A stretch of DNA of 64,000 nt from a virus. Position 1 is the stretch's first letter. Every line of letters begins with the position of its first letter. The position numbers and the translations under genes are program-made. Below the pieces are notes generated by a model. The model did no database searches and was not told where the DNA came from. It saw nothing but the letters and a program-made list of their open reading frames with translations. Positions 10,801 to 19,907 of the stretch are shown here, one piece after another. The DNA is taken from the IMG/VR virus record IMGVR_UViG_3300028840_003168; one strand, written 5' to 3'.

Positions 10801-11473
10801 GTGGTCGTTTTCTGCGGCGAATGAAATCACTTTGACCTCTTTTTCGGCTGGGGCTGAGTACACCGTGGATTACGGGCTTTTGTACCAGGTTACCACCGAC
10901 CTCCTGGACCTGTCCGGGATTACTGTATCTGATTACATTTGGCTGGCCGACTACATGCTGTGGGACCGGATGGACAAGGTGCAGGACGCCTATGAGTCCG
11001 CGATTCCGGTTTATTTCAACCCGAATAACGGGAGAGCTGGTTTGGTAGGAGAATCCGATCAGAATAAGGCCACGTCTTCTCTGGTTATCCAGGACGGGAC
11101 TTCCACGATTATTGTGGCTCAGAGATACTGGAGATTTGTGGACGCGAAGACGATTGAGCTTGATTTGGCGCAGCTTGTTAGAGGTGCTCAGTATTTTCTT
11201 ACCCATAATGAGCTTAGGGTGTACCCGGAGAGCAGGCTTACCTCGGTGTTCGAGCATCGTTCAGGTGCTACTGAACTCGCATGTCTGGCTGCCAGTTGGT
11301 CTACTGTTGAGCGAAACGAGAATGTGAGGAATGATCATGACTTTCATCAGTTGCGGTTGTCTGTTACAGGTATACGAGATTTGAGAGATTTTAGGATTAG
11401 GTCCCTGGTGTTGAAGGGGCTGCATGCCTTTGGGGCAAATGCGTGGGTTCCAGGTTTAACTGGTCCTGCCTGA
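7868..11473 (+). CDS. Large baseplate wedge/tail structural protein
   Basis: 1201 aa, beta-rich. The IEDHFG...AYRNMIHEL...GLETAVAAFT segment resembles gpI-like wedge domains. Contains three internal beta repeats. Confidence 0.55.
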   Translation: MAFEDVYRYNELIDGVIGGDFYKSLGMVIPYRSGNTEIRLETSSPNTEFGLYLNEAFSGTVRSDAQGNVVFSRHFDFGEYEIALLNNVTGRRLPSWVTVRDYAIWLVSYAEVFESIDDNIQEAQDDLSIETSTLNGIEDHFGKAIETYNNLGQGLDAYRNMIHELRLGYRNFGARFRGLETAVAAFTQVPPFGYTRRMWGPNWWLNHSMSNNFRFLKRSHAISFAGAGIPGVQLVEAEPDAESWYFYTLDYDAGTNELTWNVAGTPGPAVPAADGVLFIPGPPSLMIAHILGFAGPFAITASVNDRLYLNVDDLGSIEISLTTGGAVLLATIITDINNALVADPRYGAGYAAFASSYNSKLLLESPLPAAGTSVVLEHGSRNAAPELFGIRPRDLVYHRPVADGIYIKNIEGVPDLTGNAEIEYEYDGSVDPVTRRLRFRSNGAAWSGWLSITDPGDYSLTDGNSVILTVGCLLDLMEVLSSPWPATTVYSFSIGYGRVHRNVGYQQGLRVVCDAASLPSINTSDTVNIVDDVTAGHLLHPDGWWLENPVGALVTAISASPSVITDKADPFDHAPAFMWLIAEFGTETQLEIRSHVLKHPMPRPGPRGSNYPQRSSGMFYDYEGFEAKLSGWFLSSFAGAATVTPGFSFDGGSTWVDGAPVAVPEDAGAQHYEEFGYAEFETVIPPGVTDNGILARFVFDKASGGMAFTVDGVNVGVNLISSTYLGNVTTPRSRHRQNFGELVWLWAPTPLTLTEKEYLGLRHKRPSLRTPVAGVEITVVSGDTPAGVGRLEYEYNRVGDTRRLRWMSYQSSFGAWVSILSDGSYTLLSADGSSITVYATRALLPILTGSPPAVTTYRDVTITDQTVNQGHVRRISAAQSSIDVLDVTEYDVSGEPTNLYGALTEADFSAAGLVNSDIEPADPFKESFVFPEFPPQEGEILSFSPSGPNWVATLDYYSDEDQTNTLLYEDGLLVPNDLWSFSAANEITLTSFSAGAEYTVDYGLLYQVTTDLLDLSGITVSDYIWLADYMLWDRMDKVQDAYESAIPVYFNPNNGRAGLVGESDQNKATSSLVIQDGTSTIIVAQRYWRFVDAKTIELDLAQLVRGAQYFLTHNELRVYPESRLTSVFEHRSGATELACLAASWSTVERNENVRNDHDFHQLRLSVTGIRDLRDFRIRSLVLKGLHAFGANAWVPGLTGPA

Positions 11474-11489
11474 TATGAGGAGTAGCTAG

Positions 11490-12329
11490 GTGGATGAGCA
11501 AAAGAAAAAGTGTAATGTTTGTGAGGCTGTGTTGCTTTTATCTAATTTTTCTAAAGCTCCTACTTGCCGAGATGGCTATCGCGGTGACTGTAAAAAGTGT
11601 GTTGCTGCAAAGTATCGTGTACGCAGAGCGAAGAAAAAAGAGAATTTTAAGAAACCTGATATGACTGGTTCCAAGAGGTGTACGCAGTGTGCTTTAGAAA
11701 AACCAGTAGCAGATTTTTACTTTAAAGTGGAGTCCTCTGATGGTTTTGCTTCCCATTGTAAAGAATGTCAGGCTACTCTTAGTAGGTTGAATAAACAGAG
11801 CAAAGACCGACCGAGACGTGTTGTCGGGTTTAAGCTATGTAGTAAGTGCGGTCTTGAGAAGGCTGTGGAAGATTTCCCTTCTGTCAAGAGTTCTCCTGAT
11901 GGTTTAGGTTGCCAGTGCAAGTGTTGTGGTCTTGATTATCAGTCTGATCGAAGACGCACCCATATCTTTACCAAGCTGTCTCATAGGTTGGATACTCGTG
12001 CGAGAAAACATAAACCTCATATTGTTAAGTGTGGTTCGCCTCTTAAGTTTTTAGGCTGTACTATAAAGGAATTTGCGAAGCACCTAGAATCTTTATTTTT
12101 TGAGCATCCTCGTACTGGGGATTTGATGGTTTGGGATAATTGGGGTCGTCATACGAAAGATGGTCCTAAGACTTGGCAACTCGACCATATAAAACCTTTG
12201 TCTAGTTTTGATCTGACTGATAAGGATCAACTTTCAGAGGCTTATCATTATACGAATATTCGGCCTTTGTGGGGAGAGTACAATTTGTCTAACCCCAAAA
12301 ATATAGTTAGCAAAGAGGTAACACAATGA
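11490..12329 (+). mobile_element. HNH-type homing endonuclease with three N-terminal CxxC...CxxC zinc-finger repeats
   Basis: Repeats KKCNVC..DCKKC, KRCTQC..HCKEC, KLCSKC..QCKCC. C-terminal LGCTIKEFAKHLE...WDNWG...WQLDHIKPLSSFDL...HYTNIRPLW..N nuclease motif. More AT-rich than the upstream gene and sits between two structural genes. Confidence 0.8.
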
Positions 12330-15300
12330 CACAAGGAAGCCTGTACCCCGATGGTGTTTTAGTAGATCAGACGGCCCTGAGGCGTACCGAAACTACCAAG
12401 GCCGCAGAGATAAAGAGAAACAGGACGGATTTGTCCTCCAGGGGAATGTTTACGGGAGGGGAAATTACGGTCAACGCCACGGATGGCACTAGAATTGATG
12501 TGGCGCAGCTTTCTGGCTACGCTCCCAGCGGTGAGTATATCGAGACCACTAGCGATTACTACTCCATTGCGCTCGATGACTACACTCTGGCCGCAGTGAA
12601 CTATGTGTGTGCGGTTTATACTGAGGCTAATGTAGGAGATCAGCCTCATGAGTCTGATGGAGAGGTTTATGCCGTTGAAGCCCAGATGGCATGGCGTATC
12701 CGAGTGTTTGAGGAATCAGTATTTGATGCACTACCTGCAAGTGATACTAATCTGGCGAACGATGCCAAGGATCGGTGTCTGCTGATTGGAAAGGTGACTG
12801 CGAACGGGTCTGGGATCGGCCTTACTACCTCGAACATTTTCAGTCCTACGGATTTTGATAACATCCTTTATTCAACGCCACAGGTTCTTTCCACTATTTC
12901 GGGTGTGACTATCACCAAGGTATCCGCTGACACGGCTGTGGGTGACGGTACAGTGACGTTCGATGACACGGGCGCACCGACCTATACCTTAATGTGGACT
13001 CCTGCTGTAGGGGGTGCTGGGGCGGCTGTGCCGTTCACAGCGGACGGGGAGTACAACCTTTTGGATGGGTTGGGGAATTACATCACTGTGGTGGTGGCGG
13101 TCTCTCAGTTGCCCGTAATTGGAGGTTCTACGACCGAGACGGTCACGATTACGAATCTGTACAATCAGGATATTCCGCGGCATAGTGCGGATGACCTTCT
13201 ACACAGGAACAAAATCGGGACGGGGATCGTCACCGAGGTTAATCCGCATGGCATGAGTGTGGATGATCTCGAAGGTGTGAGCGTGGCCACGGCCATTCAG
13301 GAACATCAGGATGTTCAGCATTGTAATGGTATCTGGCGTGAATCATCTTCAAGCATTTTCGGTATGAGTCTGATCATCAATACACCTCCAGGAGGTGATA
13401 CCTTGGTGGTTCAACCACCAGCTACGAGTGATCTCTACTACATAAATGGTAGGAAGCTGAACACAATGGCTCCTACTAACATTTTGTTTACTCCTGCGAA
13501 TTTCACAGCGGGGTTGCTCGGCTCCACGGTTAAGGAGGGTGCCAAACTCTATGAAGTATATGTTGATGATGATTCTGTTTTAAAGGTCAATTTAAGGACG
13601 GATACAAACGCTACGCCAACACCAGCCAGAACCGTATCTGGTGTGTGGGTTATCGACATGTCGGATGACCATCCTGCTGGGGATTATGATCTTAAATGTG
13701 TCGTGACCGCGGGTCCTATTTACACCTTCACTTGGGGCTTGAACGGAGGTACTTCAGGCTTGCCTGTTGTGATTGATAACACGACTCCTCCTGGGGTGGG
13801 CGATGCAGAAGGGCAAGTTATACGCCTTTATGATGCCACTGGTGTGAACTGGATAGATGTGTATGTCAATAAATCGGTGTATGGTCCTAGTGCTGATGCC
13901 AGGTTACCTGTAGGGATAGCCACTTACACGGATACTCTGATCGTTCATGCACATCTGGATTATGACCAGAATATGAAAATCGGGTCGTTAATGTATTGGT
14001 GGGACATCAGTAGAGGCACTCTCGGTTGGTCCATCGATTTTGCCGGTGGAGGGGGAGATAGGCAGACAATAGACCGGAGACCCTGGGGGAACTTGTGTGC
14101 GGTTAACATAGCGGATGAAGCACTACAACATATTGAGTATGATTCTGTTGACGAGCTTCATTACTCTGGGATTCTGTTTGCCAGAGATGAAATGAATGGT
14201 GGCTTTCATACAGATGCCGATTTTACAGGTCTGGATTTTCCAGTGGGTGGCGGTTCTTATTATCTTCGCGGTAAGCGTATGGAGTCCGAAGGCAACAGCG
14301 GTCTTACTGTATATGATGATTCGACTTCTCTGGTTTATGCAGATACTGAGGGTCAGATTGTGTCCATGAATATTGGAGCAGCTACTTCTTTTGGCAACGA
14401 TGTACTTGAAGCTATGAAGTGGGTTTTGGGGTCTTCCTATGAGCGTACTGCATCACCTGACATTCCTTATACCGCAGATGATCTGGACTATGCTGAAAAG
14501 GGGGTTCCTTTATATGTAGTAACTGCGGCCAGCGGAAATATTACGCTATACTTCGATGTTTCTAGGAACGTAAACGGTCCAGTTGACCCGTGGTCGGTAG
14601 GTGGGCGCAGGGACTATACCCCACTATCTATAGCTATATCTGACAAACCTCTAGCTGCTTTTGATTCCTTGAAAGCGGCTTTTCTACACGCCGATGTGAT
14701 GCTTGACGGGGCTAATGGTGTTGGTGGTCTTACTGTTAAGTTGATTGGGGATAGCTATATATTTGATGGTTTTCCGGTTACGCAGTCCTTGGGTATTGAT
14801 GTGGGGGGTATTGGTTCATCTTCCACTGAATACCCAAGGGTTAGTATTTTGGGTACCTCTACTAGTGGTATGTGGATACTGGCTGGAAGAAATCGTGTAT
14901 CTCGTGCCAATTTGGTTCCAACTCTGACAGATGGGGATAACGATTCCATCAGTATGCTCCTATCAGATCATTGTCTCGTGGACAGGGTAGATGCCAGTAC
15001 CACTACTTTAGGCGTTGGTGTGTTGAATTTGCACAGAGTCTTTCAGGTCGATGGGGAATATGTGGAGATTCGTGGTTGTGTTATTGATACATCTGGTGGT
15101 GCTATCAATATCCTGTCTGGCTCTGATAATTGTTACATACACCACAACAAAATCAGCGGCGGCACACAGACTGACGTATCCTACGGGAGGTCTTTAGTTT
15201 ACGCTGATACTGTGGAGATGTTTAAAGTTTCTGACAGCTATTTTGATTGCTCTCATCGTGATACCAATTTGAATCCTACTTATCCAATAAACATATTGAA

Positions 15301-17056
15301 CAGCTCTGGTTGTACTGTAGAAGGAAACACCATTTTTGCACAAAACGGATACGTACCTCCATCTGGAGTTCATGTAGAAATTAGCAGAAAAATGGATATC
15401 AACAACAACCGTATCCTTGGTTACAACACAGTTCCAGATTTAAACCCAACTTCTGTATTACAGGGGAACGATGTTACTGGCGTTTATGTAGAAGAAAGTT
15501 CTGAGATCACCATTAGGAGTAATAAAATAGTTAATGTAGGAGGTGGTATTGTAGTTGCTCCAAGTTCAGTTAATGGGATAATTATTGAAGATAACCTTAT
15601 AGATATGTTCTACTCTGGTGGAATAAGTGTGCTTGCTTCATATGTTGATACTGACAGGTCAGGTGTTGTGTCGAGAGTTAGCATCCTGAATAACAAAATA
15701 ACCAGGGGAAGTATGGTTTCTGGTTCTGTTGGTGGCTTTATGATTGGCATAGCTTTCACATTAGATTTTTTCACATTACCTAGCATATCTCGTGTCGAAG
15801 ATATTCGGATAGAAGGTAACAGTATCAGTTGGTTGGTCAATACAGAACAATCTTACAGTGATACCCGATGTATTTCTGTTAATTTAAGTGGCGGGAGTGC
15901 TGGTGATACGCCTATTATTGCTGGACTGTCCATTTGTGATAATGTCATAGAGAACATAGAGGCTACTGATAAGATATACGGAATTACTGTGCCTCTTAAA
16001 TTTAATCTGTCTTCCGATCCCTCTTCATTTTCCATATGCAGAAACACCATAGATGCCGATCCAACTTCTGTGACTAACGAGTTTTTCGGAGTCTATGCGT
16101 TTTTCGATACTTCAGTTAGCGGTGGCGAATACCTAAATATTGAAGCCGCAGAAATTAATGATAATGGAATTCGTGCAGAAAGTTCTGCCATGGGTGCGGC
16201 CACTGGCATTTTTATGGGTGCGGGGCTTAGTTGCACTCTGTCAGGTAACACGATTAAGCTTAATGATGGTACCAATGGCATAGGTATCAAAAATTATTGT
16301 GATAGATCTTTAATTAGCAATAACCATATTGATGGAAGAGTGGCTGAAGGGATTATTCTGGGTAGTCTTTCTGGTGGTGCGGATTATTCTCCATCTGACC
16401 AAACAGTTCAAGGTAACACAATAAGAGAAGCTGACCATTACGGTATTCGGTGCATTGACGGACCTGCACCTCGTTGGTTAACCATTTCAGATAATGATAT
16501 TCATATTACTTTTAACGTTACAGGTATAGATGGGGATTCTGGCATCTATATAGGGGATAACGCCACAGAGTTTTCAATTCTTGGTAATAGGATTTGGATG
16601 TTGTCGGATACCCCGGCCACTGTTAGTGAATACATTTACGGTATCATGGTTGGTGCAGACCATAGAGGTAGTTGGACCGTAGCCAGCAACGATGTGTTCA
16701 GGGACATACTTACGATAGCCAAGAATGGTGAATACCACGGAATACATATAGATGATACCTCTTGGGGAGGCACTCGCGGAACACTCAACAACAATACTTC
16801 GACTGTTCGTTCGTTATCAACTGGCGCACCAACTACTAATGATTTTGCTCTCTGGCTCGGTAATATGGTTGCTACCAATAATGTAATTGTTAATGGTGTT
16901 GGAAATGTTTGTGCTGCGTATCTTATGAATCTTGCTGGTGCAGAATGGGCACCGTATTACCTTGGTGCTATCTGGAATGTTGTACTAGCACAGACCACTT
17001 CTTATATTAACTTTGCGGATGTTTGTAGTGGTGGTTACACTCCTACTGCATTCTAA
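12326..17056 (+). CDS. Tail fibre/tailspike with C-terminal right-handed beta-helix (pectate-lyase-like)
   Basis: 1576 aa. VNPHGM fibre motif. The C-terminal half has many I.NN.I / VEGNTI parallel beta-helix repeats. Last gene of the tail module. Confidence 0.75.
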   Translation: MTQGSLYPDGVLVDQTALRRTETTKAAEIKRNRTDLSSRGMFTGGEITVNATDGTRIDVAQLSGYAPSGEYIETTSDYYSIALDDYTLAAVNYVCAVYTEANVGDQPHESDGEVYAVEAQMAWRIRVFEESVFDALPASDTNLANDAKDRCLLIGKVTANGSGIGLTTSNIFSPTDFDNILYSTPQVLSTISGVTITKVSADTAVGDGTVTFDDTGAPTYTLMWTPAVGGAGAAVPFTADGEYNLLDGLGNYITVVVAVSQLPVIGGSTTETVTITNLYNQDIPRHSADDLLHRNKIGTGIVTEVNPHGMSVDDLEGVSVATAIQEHQDVQHCNGIWRESSSSIFGMSLIINTPPGGDTLVVQPPATSDLYYINGRKLNTMAPTNILFTPANFTAGLLGSTVKEGAKLYEVYVDDDSVLKVNLRTDTNATPTPARTVSGVWVIDMSDDHPAGDYDLKCVVTAGPIYTFTWGLNGGTSGLPVVIDNTTPPGVGDAEGQVIRLYDATGVNWIDVYVNKSVYGPSADARLPVGIATYTDTLIVHAHLDYDQNMKIGSLMYWWDISRGTLGWSIDFAGGGGDRQTIDRRPWGNLCAVNIADEALQHIEYDSVDELHYSGILFARDEMNGGFHTDADFTGLDFPVGGGSYYLRGKRMESEGNSGLTVYDDSTSLVYADTEGQIVSMNIGAATSFGNDVLEAMKWVLGSSYERTASPDIPYTADDLDYAEKGVPLYVVTAASGNITLYFDVSRNVNGPVDPWSVGGRRDYTPLSIAISDKPLAAFDSLKAAFLHADVMLDGANGVGGLTVKLIGDSYIFDGFPVTQSLGIDVGGIGSSSTEYPRVSILGTSTSGMWILAGRNRVSRANLVPTLTDGDNDSISMLLSDHCLVDRVDASTTTLGVGVLNLHRVFQVDGEYVEIRGCVIDTSGGAINILSGSDNCYIHHNKISGGTQTDVSYGRSLVYADTVEMFKVSDSYFDCSHRDTNLNPTYPINILNSSGCTVEGNTIFAQNGYVPPSGVHVEISRKMDINNNRILGYNTVPDLNPTSVLQGNDVTGVYVEESSEITIRSNKIVNVGGGIVVAPSSVNGIIIEDNLIDMFYSGGISVLASYVDTDRSGVVSRVSILNNKITRGSMVSGSVGGFMIGIAFTLDFFTLPSISRVEDIRIEGNSISWLVNTEQSYSDTRCISVNLSGGSAGDTPIIAGLSICDNVIENIEATDKIYGITVPLKFNLSSDPSSFSICRNTIDADPTSVTNEFFGVYAFFDTSVSGGEYLNIEAAEINDNGIRAESSAMGAATGIFMGAGLSCTLSGNTIKLNDGTNGIGIKNYCDRSLISNNHIDGRVAEGIILGSLSGGADYSPSDQTVQGNTIREADHYGIRCIDGPAPRWLTISDNDIHITFNVTGIDGDSGIYIGDNATEFSILGNRIWMLSDTPATVSEYIYGIMVGADHRGSWTVASNDVFRDILTIAKNGEYHGIHIDDTSWGGTRGTLNNNTSTVRSLSTGAPTTNDFALWLGNMVATNNVIVNGVGNVCAAYLMNLAGAEWAPYYLGAIWNVVLAQTTSYINFADVCSGGYTPTAF

Positions 17057-17065
17057 TACCTATCG

Positions 17066-17097
17066 ATATTGACAGCCAAATTCTGTCGTGATATTTC
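17066..17097 (+). promoter_or_regulatory. Sigma70-like promoter, ATATTGACAG motif copy 1
   Basis: TTGACA at 17069-17074, 17 bp spacer, weak -10 (TATTTC). AGGAGG RBS before ATG 17120. Confidence 0.55.
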
Positions 17098-17119
17098 TGT
17101 ATACAAGGAGGACTTTATC

Positions 17120-17512
17120 ATGCTCAAGGACGAATTGACCGCCGAGCTGAGAAATTTAATGGTGCGTGTGATGTCGAAGCGAAAGAGTGCCTGGACCGTT
17201 GAGGACCTGGTGGTGAGGATGAAGAAAGCCGCGACGAACAAGCCCGAGGTCCGTAAAAACATCACCAGCAATATGTTGGGCAACAACTTGCGGGTGTTGA
17301 AGAAGAGTGGTGTGGTTTCGGATTACAAAGATACTAAAGGTGTTCGGATGTGGACCATCGTTGACCCGACCCATCGAGAGGAGCCTCCTGTGAAGATGGT
17401 TATTTCTTTCCCGAAGAAGACTCATGCCGCACTTTCTCAGACGGCAAACTATCAGGAGACCACCAAGAATCAGGTTGTGGTGGACGCTGTTCAGAAGCAT
17501 ATCGGAACCTGA
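17120..17512 (+). CDS. DNA-binding protein (winged-HTH-like N-terminus plus ribbon-helix-helix-like C-terminus)
   Basis: WTVEDLVVRM...LGNNLRVLKKSGVV...RMWTI resembles wHTH. KMVISFPKKTHAALSQTA...TKNQVVVDAV resembles RHH. Start moved to the RBS-supported ATG. Confidence 0.55.
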   Translation: MLKDELTAELRNLMVRVMSKRKSAWTVEDLVVRMKKAATNKPEVRKNITSNMLGNNLRVLKKSGVVSDYKDTKGVRMWTIVDPTHREEPPVKMVISFPKKTHAALSQTANYQETTKNQVVVDAVQKHIGT

Positions 17513-17524
17513 CCTATCCTGGGT

Positions 17525-17556
17525 ATATTGACAGGTTTCTAAAATAGTCTTAAAAT
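17525..17556 (+). promoter_or_regulatory. Strong sigma70-like promoter, ATATTGACAG motif copy 2
   Basis: TTGACA (17528-17533), 17 bp, TAAAAT (17551-17556). Confidence 0.8.
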
Positions 17557-17591
17557 TATAGGTGGATGTGCAGGTTTACTGGGAGGTGACT

Positions 17592-18566
17592 ATGCGTATT
17601 TACCTTTTTGTTGGTATGCTCTTGGCAGGGTGTTCTTTAGGCCCTACAGGCGAGGTTTACCTGGAGGACGAACTTGGAGGAGAGGTTCAAGATGGGGATG
17701 GGGCTTCTGACATTTTTGCTCAAGTGTTTGACGCTGAGGATGATTCTGGGACTGGGGATCGTCATGACGGGGGTCGTTCAGGTGGTCGTGACAGTGGTGT
17801 ACTTGAAGACGCGGGAGCAGAGGATGCTGGAACTGACTTCGATGGTGGGAATTCTTCTGGTGACGCTGGCGGCTCTGATGGTGACACTGACATAGATGTT
17901 GATGCAGACGCCGATGTGGATGCCGATTCAGATTCAGACAGTGACACTGACTCGGATGCTGATCCTCCATGCCCGTATAAGTGTGGTTCGGATTGTTCTG
18001 ATTGGGGCGCTGACCCTCTTCCAGGTTACCATTGTGATTTGGGTACTTGTTGTGACACTGGTATACCTTGGGACTGCGATCCTTCGATTATTGGAACCAC
18101 GACTCGGATCTGGCATGAGGAGACCTACCTTTGCTGGGACCGCGACTTTTTCACTGCTACTTTGTCTGAAGCTTTGGCTACGTGTGCTGCGGAAGGTGAA
18201 GGTTGGCGCGTACCGACAATTACTGAGTTAAGGAAGATAGTTGACAACTTCGGTACGTGCGATGACTTGATGTTTTCTCAGGGAGAATGTTTGGTTTCGG
18301 AGCAGTGTACTGCTTATGAATGTTTGGTGGAGGAGGACTGTGACTGCGATGCGTATAATCCTTATGGGTATTGTCGTTATAAGGATTCTTCTCCTCTAAT
18401 CAGTGGACCTGACTGCTACTGGCATGCTGATGGTTCCATGACCCCAGTTACCACCCTATTAACTGATTACATATGGACGTTGGATTTCAGGCACGGCACT
18501 ATCGAACCTGTGAACGCCCTCACCGAGGTCCTTCAGTGGCACTGTGTAAAAGATGGCCCAACCTGA
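17592..18566 (+). CDS. Lipoprotein with Asp-rich linker and Cys-rich DUF1566/Lcl-like C-terminal domain
   Basis: GGGAGG RBS, MRIYLFVGMLLAG|C lipobox, DADADVDADSDSDSDTDSDAD tract, and ATC...GWRVPTITELR motif. Confidence 0.7.
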   Translation: MRIYLFVGMLLAGCSLGPTGEVYLEDELGGEVQDGDGASDIFAQVFDAEDDSGTGDRHDGGRSGGRDSGVLEDAGAEDAGTDFDGGNSSGDAGGSDGDTDIDVDADADVDADSDSDSDTDSDADPPCPYKCGSDCSDWGADPLPGYHCDLGTCCDTGIPWDCDPSIIGTTTRIWHEETYLCWDRDFFTATLSEALATCAAEGEGWRVPTITELRKIVDNFGTCDDLMFSQGECLVSEQCTAYECLVEEDCDCDAYNPYGYCRYKDSSPLISGPDCYWHADGSMTPVTTLLTDYIWTLDFRHGTIEPVNALTEVLQWHCVKDGPT

Positions 18567-18574
18567 AACTTTTT

Positions 18575-18616
18575 AACCTCCATATATTGACAGGCTCCTG
18601 AAACTATGAAATAAAG
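18575..18616 (+). promoter_or_regulatory. Promoter motif copy 3
   Basis: AACCTCCATATATTGACAGG is 19/20 identical to 63567-63586. The -10 element is unclear. Confidence 0.55.
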
Positions 18617-18764
18617 GGTTTCAGTGAGCGATTTTTTGAAAGGTTTAAAATGTTGGCGATGTGGAGAACTTCTGAGGGAACGAAAGGCCGACTACACAAC
18701 ATCCAAAGTGTTGATGTGTGTCAACAGAAGTTGTCCAAAGCCACCTAAAAAAGGAGAGAGTGAC

Positions 18765-19754
18765 ATGGGTGCAAGTTTTGTATGTGAAGGTTGTGGAAAG
18801 GTCTACAAGGAGAAGACATGGCTCGATAAGCATGCGGACAAGTGTCCTGCTTTGAAGCAGCCTGCTGCGGCTCCGAAGACCAAGAAAGCCCCGAAAACCA
18901 AAAAGGCCTCGAAGGCTGAGAAGGCCCCCGCTGCGAAGCCTCCGACCTACAAGGCCCCGGAGTCCAAAGTTGGCCCCACGCCGCCTGCGGCGACCCCGCC
19001 GAAGCTTACCGAGATCCCCATAGGTTCTGAGCTGATGCTCGATGGCGGTGTCTGGTGGCAGGACCCGGCCACGTTTCAGTGGGCGACGGCAACGGCTGTG
19101 GAGACCAAGGTCAAGGTTCAGCGTCGAGAGGTTCAGGACTCCGTGACCTTCCTGATGTGTCAGGCCGAGGGCAGCGAGGTTCTCTGGTCCATCGAGGAGT
19201 ACCGAGTTCTGGATGGCGAGATGCAGATCCTGCGTATTCCGGGTGCGGTGATTCCTACACCTCCGGTCGCGCCTCCTCCGGGTAAGTCGGCTGTGACCGA
19301 GGAGGAAGAGGCCAAGGCTGCGGTGATTGAAGCCTACCGTGAGGCGGCTGAGGAGTTTGTCAGTGCGAAGGAAGCCAAAGCCAAGGCTGAGTCGAAGATG
19401 AAGAAGGTTGACAAGGATAACCGTCCCATTATCGAACAGTTCGCCCGTGATTTCGGTGCGGAGTCGGACACCGGCAAGAAGGACTTTAAGATTGTTGATT
19501 ACGGGTTCTCCAACCATTTGGTTCGGGTTGCTGGGAAGTCTTCTGTCAAGCGCGACGAGAAGTCCATTGTTGAGTGGTGTCTCAAGAACGGCCACACGGA
19601 ATGCCTCACCCAGCGGCTGAACGTCGAGGTCTGGGATGCGCTCAAGAGCGCCGGTATCGTTCCGCAGGAGTTCATTTCCGAGGTTGAGGAGCCGATTGAG
19701 GGCAAGGACAGGTTCAGTCTTTATCTCAAACGCGCTGACGAGGACGACGAGTAG
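18765..19754 (+). CDS. Hypothetical protein with N-terminal zinc finger and Lys/Ala/Pro-rich linker
   Basis: AAGGAGAG RBS before ATG 18765 (ORF open from 18624). FVCEGCGKVYKEKTWLDKHADKC zinc finger. Strongly GC3-biased codons. Confidence 0.6.
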   Translation: MGASFVCEGCGKVYKEKTWLDKHADKCPALKQPAAAPKTKKAPKTKKASKAEKAPAAKPPTYKAPESKVGPTPPAATPPKLTEIPIGSELMLDGGVWWQDPATFQWATATAVETKVKVQRREVQDSVTFLMCQAEGSEVLWSIEEYRVLDGEMQILRIPGAVIPTPPVAPPPGKSAVTEEEEAKAAVIEAYREAAEEFVSAKEAKAKAESKMKKVDKDNRPIIEQFARDFGAESDTGKKDFKIVDYGFSNHLVRVAGKSSVKRDEKSIVEWCLKNGHTECLTQRLNVEVWDALKSAGIVPQEFISEVEEPIEGKDRFSLYLKRADEDDE

Positions 19755-19907
19755 TTGGTTTTCCTTCCTGACGAGTTCAGGCGTTATCAACGGCGTCAGT
19801 GGCTCATCTCTTTCCTGAAACGTTTCATTATCCCGTTTTTGATACTATTTTACATATTTCTTTGCGTGACTATGCACGAGTAGGATCTTTTTTGGTATCT
19901 TCCGTGT

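Noticed and set aside
12326-17056. Diversity-generating retroelement targeting the tail fibre
   Set aside because: No reverse transcriptase and no template/variable repeat pair were seen in the window.
19768-19800. Imperfect hairpin CTGACG...CGTCAG after the 18765 gene
   Set aside because: The stem is weak and interrupted with no clear U-tract, so it cannot be called a terminator or ncRNA.
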